This document shows, piece after piece, positions 16,358-25,564 of a stretch of DNA of 31,061 bases. The stretch is from Thermodesulfobacteriota bacterium (GTDB taxonomy: Bacteria; Desulfobacterota; Desulfobulbia; Desulfobulbales; SURF-16), in contig JBDLIE010000029.1 in assembly GCA_039715015.1 (NCBI GenBank), positions 1-31,061 of the forward strand. Reading direction: 5' to 3'. A program made the position numbers and the translations under genes. The number at the start of each line of letters is the position of its first letter. The first letter of the stretch is position 1. The notes under the pieces are model-generated. The model saw only the letters and a program-made list of their open reading frames with translations. It was not told the DNA's origin and ran no database searches.

Positions 16358-18796
16358 ATGGCAACAGTTAAAAAAAGGATTGAACAGGCGCTCACAGGTT
16401 TTACAGAAAGGCTAATCACCTGGCGCTGGGGGCTTATTGTCTTGATGGTTATCCTGGCAGTGGCCTCAGTCAGCAGGTTGCCGCATCTTGAGATAGATAT
16501 GTCCGATGAGGGCTTTCTTCATCCTGAGGACCCAATCCTCCAGGACTATACCGAATTCCGCGATCAATTTGGCCGCGACGACCTCATTGTCCTCACCATT
16601 AAAGGTGATCAGGTCTTTGGCCAAGCCTTTTTACAGAAGCTTAAAAAACTGCACACCGTCCTGGAGGACACCGTTCCCCACCTCAACGACATCAACTCCA
16701 TGGTCAATGCCCGTAATACCAGGGGCGTGGCAGAGGGCATCATTGTTGAGGATCTCCTGGAAAAATGGCCCGCAGACGAGGCGGCCCTGGCCCAGCTCAA
16801 AGAGCGGGTGATGGCCAACCCTCTCTACATCAATCGCCTTATTGCCGCGGATGGCAGCTATACCACTATTACTCTGCAGACCGATGTCTATGGCGCTTTG
16901 GTGGCCGATGACGATGTCCTGGCCGGTTTTGACGATGAGGATATGGGTCTTGGCGGCCAAGAAGATGCGTCCCAGGAGGAGCCTGCCTATCTCACCGATA
17001 AACAGCGGGGCGCCATTGTTATGACGGTAAGGAAGGTGGCCAGACAATTTCAGGCCGACGATTTTCAGATCCATATTGCCGGCAGCCCAGTGGTGACCCA
17101 TTCTGTGAAAAAGACCATGCGCGAGGATATGATGCTCTTTCTGCGCCTGGCCATCGGGGTTATTGGCATTTGCCTCTTTCTCATGTTCCGCCGGCTGTCA
17201 GCGGTGATCTATCCCCTGCTGGTGGTGGGGCTCAGCCTGGTTTCCACCCTGGCCCTGATGTCTGTCTTTGGGGTGGCCATTAAGATGCCCACCATGATCC
17301 TGCCCTCCTTTATCCTGGCCGTGGGCGTGGGGGACAGTGTCCATGTTCTGGCCATCTTTTTTCAGAATCTGCGTACCTATGACAAGAATGAGGCCCTGGC
17401 CAAGGCCCTGGGCCATTCCGGCCTGGCCATTATCATGACCAGTCTGACCACGGCCGCCGGACTGGCTTCATTCTTCTGGGCCGAGATCGCCCCGGTGGCG
17501 GATCTTGGTATCTTTGCCGCCCTGGGGGTGATGCTGGCCCTGCTCTATAGCATTATCTTCTTACCGGCCCTGCTTGCCGTCACCCCCCTGCGCCGCAAAG
17601 AGGTAAAGGGAGATGATGACAGGGGCAGAATAATGGCGATCATGGACTTTTTTACCCGCCTGTCCACCGGCAAATACAGGCAGATACTGGCAGTTTCAGC
17701 TCTCCTTGTCGTTGTGGCGGGCATCGGGATCAGCAGGCTCTCCTTCTCCCATAACACCCTGTCCTGGCTGCCCCAGGAGATGCCGGTGCGCACCGCCACC
17801 CAGGTGACGGACGCCAACCTCAAGGGCTCGGTGACCCTGGAGCTTGTCCTTGATACCGGCAGGGAAAATGGTCTTTACGACCCTCTGGTCCTTAAGAAGA
17901 TGGAGCAATTATCCACCGAGCTTGAAGGAAATATTGGCTACGCCATGCCCGTGGGTAAGGTGATGTCGGTGGTGGATATCATCAAGGAGATCCACCAGGC
18001 CTTGAATGAAAACAGGCCTGATTTTTACGTGGTCCCAGAGGATGGCAAGCTCATTCCCCAGGAGTTTCTGCTCTTTGAAAACTCCGGCTCAGATGATCTG
18101 GAGGATGTGGTGGACTCCCGCTTCCAGCTGGCCCGCATTACCATCAAGATGCCCTGGCATGATGCCATCAAATATGTGCCTTTTATCAGCCAGGTGGAAG
18201 GCCGGGCCAAGGAGATCTTTGGCCCTGATATGAAGATTACCTCCACCGGGGTCATGGCCCTTTTTGGCCGGATCATCTATGCGGCCATCCATTCCGCCGC
18301 CATCTCCTATCTCATCGCCTTTGGGGTGATCACGGTGATGATGATGTTTCTCATCGGCAGTGGGCGCTTAGGTGTCTTATGTATGATCCCCAACCTGGCC
18401 CCCATTGCCGCCACCCTGGGTATCATGGGCTGGATTGGTCTGCCCATGGATATGTTCACCATGCTGATCGGTTCCATTGCCATTGGTATTGCCGTGGATG
18501 ATACGGTCCATTTTGTCTATAATTACCGCAAATACTTCAGCGAAACCGGCGATAATGTCGAGGCGGTCCGCCGTACCCTGCACACCGCCGGCCGGGCCAT
18601 GCTCACCACCACGGTGGTCTTGTCCCTGGGCTTTTTCATCTTTATGTTCGCCTCCATGAGCAATCTTTTCTACTTCGGCCTGCTCACCGGTGTGGCCCTG
18701 ATCCTGGCCCTGGCTGCCGACTTCCTGCTGGCCCCGGCCTTGATGACCCTGGCCTCCGGCTTTGCTGTGGGCCGGGCCGAAATTATGAAACGGTAA
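16358..18796 (+). CDS. MMPL/RND-family inner-membrane transporter
   Basis: Two RND repeats: GVGDSVH/TSLTTAAG and GIAVDDTVH/AGRAMLTT. Start ATG 16358 follows AAGGAAG. Confidence 0.92.
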   Translation: MATVKKRIEQALTGFTERLITWRWGLIVLMVILAVASVSRLPHLEIDMSDEGFLHPEDPILQDYTEFRDQFGRDDLIVLTIKGDQVFGQAFLQKLKKLHTVLEDTVPHLNDINSMVNARNTRGVAEGIIVEDLLEKWPADEAALAQLKERVMANPLYINRLIAADGSYTTITLQTDVYGALVADDDVLAGFDDEDMGLGGQEDASQEEPAYLTDKQRGAIVMTVRKVARQFQADDFQIHIAGSPVVTHSVKKTMREDMMLFLRLAIGVIGICLFLMFRRLSAVIYPLLVVGLSLVSTLALMSVFGVAIKMPTMILPSFILAVGVGDSVHVLAIFFQNLRTYDKNEALAKALGHSGLAIIMTSLTTAAGLASFFWAEIAPVADLGIFAALGVMLALLYSIIFLPALLAVTPLRRKEVKGDDDRGRIMAIMDFFTRLSTGKYRQILAVSALLVVVAGIGISRLSFSHNTLSWLPQEMPVRTATQVTDANLKGSVTLELVLDTGRENGLYDPLVLKKMEQLSTELEGNIGYAMPVGKVMSVVDIIKEIHQALNENRPDFYVVPEDGKLIPQEFLLFENSGSDDLEDVVDSRFQLARITIKMPWHDAIKYVPFISQVEGRAKEIFGPDMKITSTGVMALFGRIIYAAIHSAAISYLIAFGVITVMMMFLIGSGRLGVLCMIPNLAPIAATLGIMGWIGLPMDMFTMLIGSIAIGIAVDDTVHFVYNYRKYFSETGDNVEAVRRTLHTAGRAMLTTTVVLSLGFFIFMFASMSNLFYFGLLTGVALILALAADFLLAPALMTLASGFAVGRAEIMKR

Positions 18797-18803
18797 GTGA
18801 TTA

Positions 18804-18884
18804 TGAGAAGTTGAGAAATAAGAATTTGAGAAGTTGAGAATAAGGTGCTTTTCTGAATTAATAATCTTCCTTCTCAACTTCTTA
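18804..18884. repeat. Short intergenic direct/inverted repeat (TGAGAAGTTGAGAA x2 plus an inverted copy)
   Basis: Direct copies at 18804-18817 and 18827-18840; inverted TTCTCAACTTCTTA at 18871-18884. Confidence 0.75.
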
Positions 18885-18911
18885 TCCCCTGCCCTGTATT
18901 GAGGAACCCCT

Positions 18912-19742
18912 ATGAACCTTTCTTTTGTTACTGAAAATCACCGGATGAGATACCTGCTGGTATCTGCCATCCTCTTGCTACTGACCATCATTCTGCCCGT
19001 TCAGGCCCAGGCCCTCACGGCCCGGGAGATCATGGAACGTGCTGATGCCCGTGATGACGGCGATAATATCACCGTTGACTCGGAGATGGTTCTCATCGAT
19101 AAGAACGGCCATCAGCGTACCCGGCTGATGAAAACCTTTTTCAAGGATAAGGGCGATGATACCTGGCGTACCCAGTTTTTCATTGAGCCGGCTGACGTGC
19201 GCGACACCGCCTTTCTCACCTACGATTATTATAGCGGCGAAAAGGACGATGATCAGTGGATCTATCTGCCGGAGCTCCATAAGACCAAGCGCATTGCCTC
19301 GTCCGATAAGTCATCGGCCTTTATGGGCTCTGATTTTTCCTACTCGGATATGAACCGCCGGGTTCTGGATGAGTGGAGCTATAAGGTGCTTAAGGAGTCC
19401 ACTGTTGGCGGCCATAAGGTCTGGCTGGTGGAGACCACCCCGGTAAATAAGGTGGTTGAGGAGCGCTACGGCTATACCAAATCGGTGCTCTTTATCAGGC
19501 AGGATATCTTCTTTCCTGTCCGGGCCGTACACTGGCTCAAAGAGGGCAAGAGGATCAAGTATATGGAGGTCAAAAAGCTTGAGCAGATTGATGGTGTCTG
19601 GGTGGCCACCGAGACCCATATGAAGACCACCAAGAATAAAAAGACCAGCCACAAGACCATCATGCGCTGGAGTAACGTCAAGATGAACCAGGCCATTGAT
19701 GAAGGTATGTTCACCATCCGCCGTATTGAGAAGGGGCTCTAG
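18912..19742 (+). CDS. LolA-like outer-membrane lipoprotein-sorting protein
   Basis: Signal peptide (AQA|LT); FIEPADVRDTAFL, DDDQWIYLP, KRIASSDKSSAFMGSDFSYSD, FTIRRIEKGL. Confidence 0.9.
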   Translation: MNLSFVTENHRMRYLLVSAILLLLTIILPVQAQALTAREIMERADARDDGDNITVDSEMVLIDKNGHQRTRLMKTFFKDKGDDTWRTQFFIEPADVRDTAFLTYDYYSGEKDDDQWIYLPELHKTKRIASSDKSSAFMGSDFSYSDMNRRVLDEWSYKVLKESTVGGHKVWLVETTPVNKVVEERYGYTKSVLFIRQDIFFPVRAVHWLKEGKRIKYMEVKKLEQIDGVWVATETHMKTTKNKKTSHKTIMRWSNVKMNQAIDEGMFTIRRIEKGL

Positions 19743-19751
19743 GCAGAAGCC

Positions 19752-21185
19752 ATGGCTGTTTCAACCACAAAAGTTCTGCTGATTTTGGGCTGGCTGCTCT
19801 TTTCCCTCTGCCCTGCCATGGCTGGGGCGGATGATCTTGACGCCATCCTGGATGGCTTTGCTGACGAGGAAAGCACAGAGGCAGGTGATGACCTTGATGA
19901 TGCCCTGTCAGGCTTTGGCGACGATGGCGAATTCGGAGGCAGCCAGCCTGGACCAGCGGCGCCTGCCCTGCTGCCGACCTGGCTCAAGCTCTCCGGCGGT
20001 CTGACCCTGGCCTCCTCCTATAATTTTAGCCACCAGCGCCCCGACCCTGGCACCACTGACCAACGCGGCTTTTCCAAGCTGCGGACCACGGCGGACCTGG
20101 ATGGTGATATCAAGCTGGGCGGCGGTTGGCTTGCCCGGCTGGGCGCTAAGGCCTTTTATGACGCGGTCTACAGCCTGCGCGACCGCCAGCAGTACAGCAA
20201 CCAGGTCCTGGATGAGTATGAGGATGAGTGGGAAATAACCGAGGCCTATGTTCAGGGCTCTGTCACCGATAAGCTCGATGTCAAGCTGGGCCGCCAGATC
20301 GTGGTTTGGGGTAAGTCAGATAATATCAGGGTGACAGACATCCTTAATCCCCTGGATAACAGGGAGCCGGGCCTGGTGGATATCCGCGACCTGCGCCTGC
20401 CGGTGGCCATGACCAAGGTCGATTATTATCTGGCCGACTGGAACCTCAGCGCCCTTGTCAGCCATGAGCTCCGTTTCCACAAGGTGCCGGTCTTTGGCAA
20501 TGATTTTTATCAAGCCCCTGCGCCTGCCCCCCATGAAGAGGACTACTCCGTGGCCTGGGACAACCAGGAGTTTGCCCTGGCCGCCAACGGTATCTTCCAG
20601 GGCTGGGACCTCTCTTTTTATGGCGCTTATCTCTACGATGACCAGTCCCACCTTGAGATGACCAGCCGCGGCCCGGCCTTGACCCACAGCAGGATCGGTA
20701 TGGTGGGTTCAGCCGTCAATATTGCCAAGGGTAACTGGCTGTTAAAGGCTGAGGCCGCCTACCTTGACGGCCTGGAGTACACTATTGATGTGGGTAAGAA
20801 AAATCGGTTTGATGCCCTGCTGGGCGCCGAGTATCAGGGCATCTCGGAAACCTCCATCTCCCTTGAGCTTGTTAACCGCCATATCATGGCCTTTGACAAC
20901 CGCCTTGAGGAGGCCCCGGTTTATGAGCGCCAGGACGATTTTCAGTATGTCCTGCGCATCAGCCGCGATCTGTATAACGATAAGATGCAGCTCACCGCCC
21001 TGCTGTCAACCTATGGCGTCACCGGCAACGGCGGCGCCTTCCAACGCTTCAGCGCTGCCTATGACTGGACGGATGATATCACCATGACCGCAGGCCTTAT
21101 CACCTATCAGGACGGCGATAAGGCCCTATTCCAGGATATCAGTGATAATGACCGTCTCTTTCTGGAGGTGCGTTACGCCTTCTGA
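19752..21185 (+). CDS. DUF1302-like outer-membrane beta-barrel protein
   Basis: Signal peptide, acidic N-terminal linker, GRQIVVWGKSD..VTDILNPLD, and C-terminal beta-signal EVRYAF. Confidence 0.8.
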   Translation: MAVSTTKVLLILGWLLFSLCPAMAGADDLDAILDGFADEESTEAGDDLDDALSGFGDDGEFGGSQPGPAAPALLPTWLKLSGGLTLASSYNFSHQRPDPGTTDQRGFSKLRTTADLDGDIKLGGGWLARLGAKAFYDAVYSLRDRQQYSNQVLDEYEDEWEITEAYVQGSVTDKLDVKLGRQIVVWGKSDNIRVTDILNPLDNREPGLVDIRDLRLPVAMTKVDYYLADWNLSALVSHELRFHKVPVFGNDFYQAPAPAPHEEDYSVAWDNQEFALAANGIFQGWDLSFYGAYLYDDQSHLEMTSRGPALTHSRIGMVGSAVNIAKGNWLLKAEAAYLDGLEYTIDVGKKNRFDALLGAEYQGISETSISLELVNRHIMAFDNRLEEAPVYERQDDFQYVLRISRDLYNDKMQLTALLSTYGVTGNGGAFQRFSAAYDWTDDITMTAGLITYQDGDKALFQDISDNDRLFLEVRYAF

Positions 21186-21330
21186 TATTTCAAGGTTTTT
21201 GCCGCTGTTTCCTTCCTGTTGTGTGCCTGAAAAGAATCTGCTGTATCTCTTGTCGAATTTCACTATATAATGGTGCAAGCAGGCCTAGCCGCCTGACATT
21301 ACATGATCTTTTTTAGGGGGAAGACTATAG

Positions 21331-21921
21331 ATGGTTAGACATAAACACCTTTTCCTGGCGGCCCTATTGCTCGGTTTTTTTTCTTCAGGTTGTGGCGTCC
21401 GCTTGCTGCCTTCGACTCTGGACACGGTCAGGTCGCCCTGGGATTCCTTTGAAGAGGCCAAAATGGCTTTTGATGAGGTCGTCATCCATGAAACAGACCT
21501 GGAAGGACTTAAGAAACTGGGTTTTGATCCATTCTCCACTTCCAATGTGGAAATTCTCACCTATCTCGATATTATGGACCGGTTCATGCCCAACCCGGCC
21601 ATCAAGAAAGAGGATCTCGATAGGGGGATCTGCGACTGCATAGAAAATCAGCATGGCTGTCAAGCCTACGAGATGACTGTGCGGGTCTTTAGTTCGGAGA
21701 GGAAGGGCAGTGTCTTTCTTGATCTCTTCGGATTCAAACGTAAGACCTATCGGAGCGGCTGGCAGTTTAGCTCTCTTTTTGTTTTTAATGATGGGTATGT
21801 GGTTTATAAATTGTGGGGCGGCAAACCCCATGTCAATGAAACCGCTCTTCAGAAAAAACCGTTGGGACCGCTCCAGGAAATTGGCACGGCTGTGGTCGGC
21901 GCCGCCAAGGCCGTCTTTTAG
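21331..21921 (+). CDS. Hypothetical lipoprotein
   Basis: Lipobox FSSGC and GGGGA RBS; 196 aa with a CDC...GC cysteine cluster. Confidence 0.75.
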   Translation: MVRHKHLFLAALLLGFFSSGCGVRLLPSTLDTVRSPWDSFEEAKMAFDEVVIHETDLEGLKKLGFDPFSTSNVEILTYLDIMDRFMPNPAIKKEDLDRGICDCIENQHGCQAYEMTVRVFSSERKGSVFLDLFGFKRKTYRSGWQFSSLFVFNDGYVVYKLWGGKPHVNETALQKKPLGPLQEIGTAVVGAAKAVF

Positions 21922-21928
21922 GTGGCCC

Positions 21929-22708
21929 ATGGGACGTTTCCTGCCTGCCTTGTCTTGTCTTTTTGGGGTGATAGGGCTGCTCCTTTTCTTTTCAGTGGCC
22001 AATGCCAAGGCTGAAGATCATCTGCCCTTTGAGGTTGGTGAAAGAATCACCTACCAGCTTAAGTGGGGAGTGATCCCGGCCGGCAAGGTGGTGCTGGAGG
22101 TTCTTCCCCACACCACTATTGATGGGCGACCTGCCCGCCATTTCCGAATGACCATCCGCAGTAATGGCTTTATTGATCGTATCTACAAGGTGCGGAGTTA
22201 TATCGAAGGGTACACCGATCTGGGGATAGATCACTCCCTCTATTACCGGAAGAAACAGCGGGAAGGGTCATCTAAAAGAGATATTGAGGTTCGTTTTGAT
22301 CGCCAAAAAATGACGTCCCAATATCATAATCTAAGAAAAATGGGGCCCCGGGCCCCCATCTCCATCCCTGAGGGCTCTTTTGACCCTTTTTCAGTAATTT
22401 ATTACTGCCGCCTTCTTGACTATGACGGTGTTTCTAGGGTGGAAAGGCCGGTCACCGATGGCAAGAAGAGCGTTACCGCTAGACTGGATAACAGGGGCAG
22501 GCAGGATCTTGTCATTAAAGATAAGAGCTATGACACCTACCTCCTTGAGCCTGACATCAAGCATATCAGCGGCGTCTTCAAAAAAAGCAAGAATGCCAAT
22601 CTCTTCATCTGGATGAGCACGGACAAGCGGCGCATCCCGGTCAAGCTCAAGAGCAAGGTCATTGTCGGCAGTTTTACTGCCGAGATGATCTCCTACCAGG
22701 CGAAGTGA
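21929..22708 (+). CDS. DUF3108 family exported protein
   Basis: Signal peptide from ATG 21929; PFEVGERITYQLKWGVIPAG, FDPFSVIY, IWMSTDKRRIPVKL..KVIVGSF. Confidence 0.8.
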   Translation: MGRFLPALSCLFGVIGLLLFFSVANAKAEDHLPFEVGERITYQLKWGVIPAGKVVLEVLPHTTIDGRPARHFRMTIRSNGFIDRIYKVRSYIEGYTDLGIDHSLYYRKKQREGSSKRDIEVRFDRQKMTSQYHNLRKMGPRAPISIPEGSFDPFSVIYYCRLLDYDGVSRVERPVTDGKKSVTARLDNRGRQDLVIKDKSYDTYLLEPDIKHISGVFKKSKNANLFIWMSTDKRRIPVKLKSKVIVGSFTAEMISYQAK

Positions 22709-22731
22709 TACTTTACCTGGGTTGTTAATCC

Positions 22732-23193
22732 TTAGTATTCATGCCGCACCGCAACAGCGCATTGTTCGGAAAAAAGTTTGTGAATTCTCTTTAGACGTCT
22801 ACTGTTGACGCCAAAGTCTGAGTAGCCAAGGCGAGAGGCGGAGCGCACATCGATTTTGCGGGCCTTGGGATCAAGAAGAAATTCTACATCATCAACAAAG
22901 CGAAAGATGGGCGAAGTAAACTCCACATGGAGATAGGTCCCGGTCTGGCTGATAATTTCCGCCCTCTTCATATCTCGTAAAAGGGCCGTAAGGGCCTGCC
23001 AGGCCGGAAGACTTTGCCCTGCAAAATAAAAGGACGAAGTGCCGTAGTCATCATTTTCGGCAAAGGAGCTGAGGCATTTTGGCGAAGGCGGGCAGGGCCG
23101 CAATTGGCTATCAACAATTCCGAGTTCCGGACGTGTACCTGAACAGCCTGCAACAGTAAGGGCCAGGCCCAGCGTTAATAGAGTTTTTTTCAT
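22732..23193 (-). CDS. DUF1499 family lipoprotein
   Basis: Start MKKTLL at 23193; lipobox VAGC; LRPCPPSPKCLSS, FRFVDDVEF, RSASRLGYSDFGVNSRR. Confidence 0.88.
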   Translation of the reverse strand: MKKTLLTLGLALTVAGCSGTRPELGIVDSQLRPCPPSPKCLSSFAENDDYGTSSFYFAGQSLPAWQALTALLRDMKRAEIISQTGTYLHVEFTSPIFRFVDDVEFLLDPKARKIDVRSASRLGYSDFGVNSRRLKRIHKLFSEQCAVAVRHEY

Positions 23194-23213
23194 GTTTCCC
23201 CCCCATTTGAAAT

Positions 23214-23972
23214 TTAGATATGCGCAGAAAGTTTCCTGGCCCCTTTTTCTATGGGCCAGGAAGAAGTGGCCCAGGCCGCCAGCAGGCTGCCTATACCCCA
23301 GAGGCCAGCGGCAAAAACAGCCTTTGTAGCGAAGGCTTGTCCCGCCAGCCATGATTTGGTCAGCTGGTACATGGGCCAGGCTCCTGCTCCGGTTATTATC
23401 ACCACAATGGCCATTGCCGTAAACAAAAAAAGTATCGCCCCCAGGCCCCCAACGGCAGCGGCCCTGTTTTCGGCGTTGAAATCACCGTATACGGCCCCGA
23501 AACCCACAGCCAGGGCAACAATCCACCAGGTGAGGAGCTGAGAGCAGGCCAGGGAAAACCACCACATGGGGCCCTCTATCCGTAAAAGATGGTCTGAAAC
23601 AATGACCAGCAGCAAAGAAAAGAGGCTGAAGGGCAGGATGTAGGTGATCAGCTTGGCAACGAGGAAGGAGCGAGTGGTCAGCGATGCGGCGGCAATGAGA
23701 TAGAAAGCCGCTCCTTCTCCGGCGATGGATGGATAGACGAAACGGGCGGCCAAAGAGCTTGCCATAAAGGCCACCAGACCGATATTCAAAAAGGAAATGA
23801 TATTGGTCAGATATTCGGCGGGCATGGGGACCCGTTCCACAGGCAGCACCATGAAATTGTAGAGATAGACCACGATGAGGGCGGCAATCATAAAGAGCTG
23901 GGACCATTCGGTGGAGTCGCGCCGGAACATCTTGGTCTCTTTGCTAAAGAGCCACAGCGCCAGACCCCGGGC
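23214..23972 (-). pseudogene. 5'-truncated putative ABC transporter permease (C-terminal half only)
   Basis: The ORF resembles the internal KExKxFxRD..WSQL motif and RFVYPSIAGEG of long ABC permeases. The frame stays open 14 codons upstream of ATG 23930 to a TAG at 23973-23975. No RBS, no N-terminal half and no adjacent ATPase. Confidence 0.6.
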
Positions 23973-24040
23973 CTATAGGCGCCTCCATGCCAAGCCTTCA
24001 TCATTCTCTGTTCAATATTTTGCAGTTTAAGAGGGCCTTA

Positions 24041-24334
24041 TCATTTGTGGGTTATGCCATAGGTCGCCATGCGGATATGGCTTCCTTTACAGCGGGGGCA
24101 GCGTCCGGGGCGCTTCAGGCGTTTGCGGTCTTTAAAACTAAAACCGCACCCCAGGCAGGTGTAGGGATTAATAACCAGTTTCTTGCCCTTCTTGCTTAGG
24201 GTGCGGATGACATGCTCAAGGTGGAGGGCAACCTCCTTTTCGCTAATCCCCACGGCCTGGGAGATCTCCATGGCATTCATCTCCTCTTGGCCGAGAAGCT
24301 CCATGATCTGTTGGCGGATTGAGCCTTCAGCCAT
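24041..24334 (-). CDS. HTH + Zn-ribbon predicted transcriptional regulator (COG3357-like)
   Basis: SIRQQIMELL...EISQAVGISEKEVALHLEHV HTH, followed by CLGCGFSF..PGRCPRCK. Confidence 0.85.
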   Translation of the reverse strand: MAEGSIRQQIMELLGQEEMNAMEISQAVGISEKEVALHLEHVIRTLSKKGKKLVINPYTCLGCGFSFKDRKRLKRPGRCPRCKGSHIRMATYGITHK

Positions 24335-24346
24335 CACAAAAGCCTG

Positions 24347-24709
24347 CTACATTCTAATCTTGGCTTCGGTTTTTTCCGGATGTTTTTCCAGATGAGCATA
24401 ACGGTTAAGGGCCGTATCGGTAAACCGGTCCAAGACATTGGGCAGGTCCGAGCTGTTCCAGATGTCAGTAAAGGAGGTGGAGGATAACAGGCGGTCGCTT
24501 AAGACATACTTGTCGTCATTACCTGGCTGCAGGACAACATCTTCAAACTCTAAAGAAAGTTCTCCGGAAAAGGCCTTGTCGAGAAGTTGTAAGCAGGTTC
24601 GGGTGTAAAATGTTTTTACATCTTCAGAGGATTCGGCCATGTTGATCTTTTGCCGGAAGTTGGGCAACAACTCCTTTTCAAATTTGGTAAACGACAGCTG
24701 TCTACTCAT
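24347..24709 (-). CDS. Hypothetical protein (120 aa)
   Basis: AAGGAG RBS; co-oriented between sixA and the regulator. No motif recognised. Confidence 0.8.
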   Translation of the reverse strand: MSRQLSFTKFEKELLPNFRQKINMAESSEDVKTFYTRTCLQLLDKAFSGELSLEFEDVVLQPGNDDKYVLSDRLLSSTSFTDIWNSSDLPNVLDRFTDTALNRYAHLEKHPEKTEAKIRM

Positions 24710-24775
24710 GATGTTTCTCCTCTTTTAGGATTATGGGATAGCTCGTTGCTGATATTTTTTGCAGGGCCTCTATCG

Positions 24776-25237
24776 TTAATCTATCTTCGCCATCAGGGTC
24801 CACTTTATAAACCAGGAGAGGTTTTCTGGGTCCTGGTCCAGGCAGACGATGCCGCTGTTTTGGAATTTGAAGACCAGGTTGTCTGGATTGCCAGTGACAA
24901 GCAGGGAGGTCAGCCGTTCCATGAAAGGCAGGTGGCCAACCAGCATGAGCTGATCAGCAGTGGCTAGGGTGGGGGCCAGTTGGCCAACATCATCCAGGGG
25001 CAGGAGGCCGGCCCGTTCGGCGACATTGCCAGGAGGGGAAAGGGCGGTGGCCATGAGTTCGGCGGTCTGTTGGGCCCTTTTCTTGGCGCTATGGTTGATT
25101 GCTTTTACCTGGAGCTGGTAGCCCTTGGCCACCTCAGCCACCCTTTGCGTGGTGGCGATTCCCGTATCTGAAAGACCCTGCTTCGGGTCCTTGTCCTTGC
25201 TGAGACTCAGTCCGTGTTGGACAAGATAGAGTGCCAT
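24776..25237 (-). CDS. sixA: Phosphohistidine phosphatase SixA
   Basis: LYLVQHG (RHG variant), HSAKKRAQQTA, LMLVGHLPFM; GAGGAG RBS sets the start at 25237. Confidence 0.85.
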   Translation of the reverse strand: MALYLVQHGLSLSKDKDPKQGLSDTGIATTQRVAEVAKGYQLQVKAINHSAKKRAQQTAELMATALSPPGNVAERAGLLPLDDVGQLAPTLATADQLMLVGHLPFMERLTSLLVTGNPDNLVFKFQNSGIVCLDQDPENLSWFIKWTLMAKID

Positions 25238-25564
25238 GCACATCTCCTCATTTCGTCTTGGTGATCACTAAATTCTCGCATAGATCCTCTACAAAAGTCT
25301 AGCCCTGATTGGTGGCTGGAGTGGATAATTCTCAAATTACATGACAATGCCTGTCTGGAAAGGGTTCCAGCAAAGAGGGCAGTGTCGCAGGTGGACGATT
25401 GTCGTCATCCCTTGCGTCTTTTAGACCTTGCTTGTTTTTGGTAAATTTGGCCGCAAGAGAGATTTTGTTGCGCTGGTAATGGTTGTTATGCACTATAATC
25501 AAGCTTGGGAGGCAGCAGGCCTCTTTAAACAGGCGCCCCTGTCGTTGCTTAGAGTGTTAATTTT

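Noticed and set aside
18804..18884. CRISPR array
   Set aside because: Repeats are only 14 bp with a 9-bp gap, and there are no cas genes.
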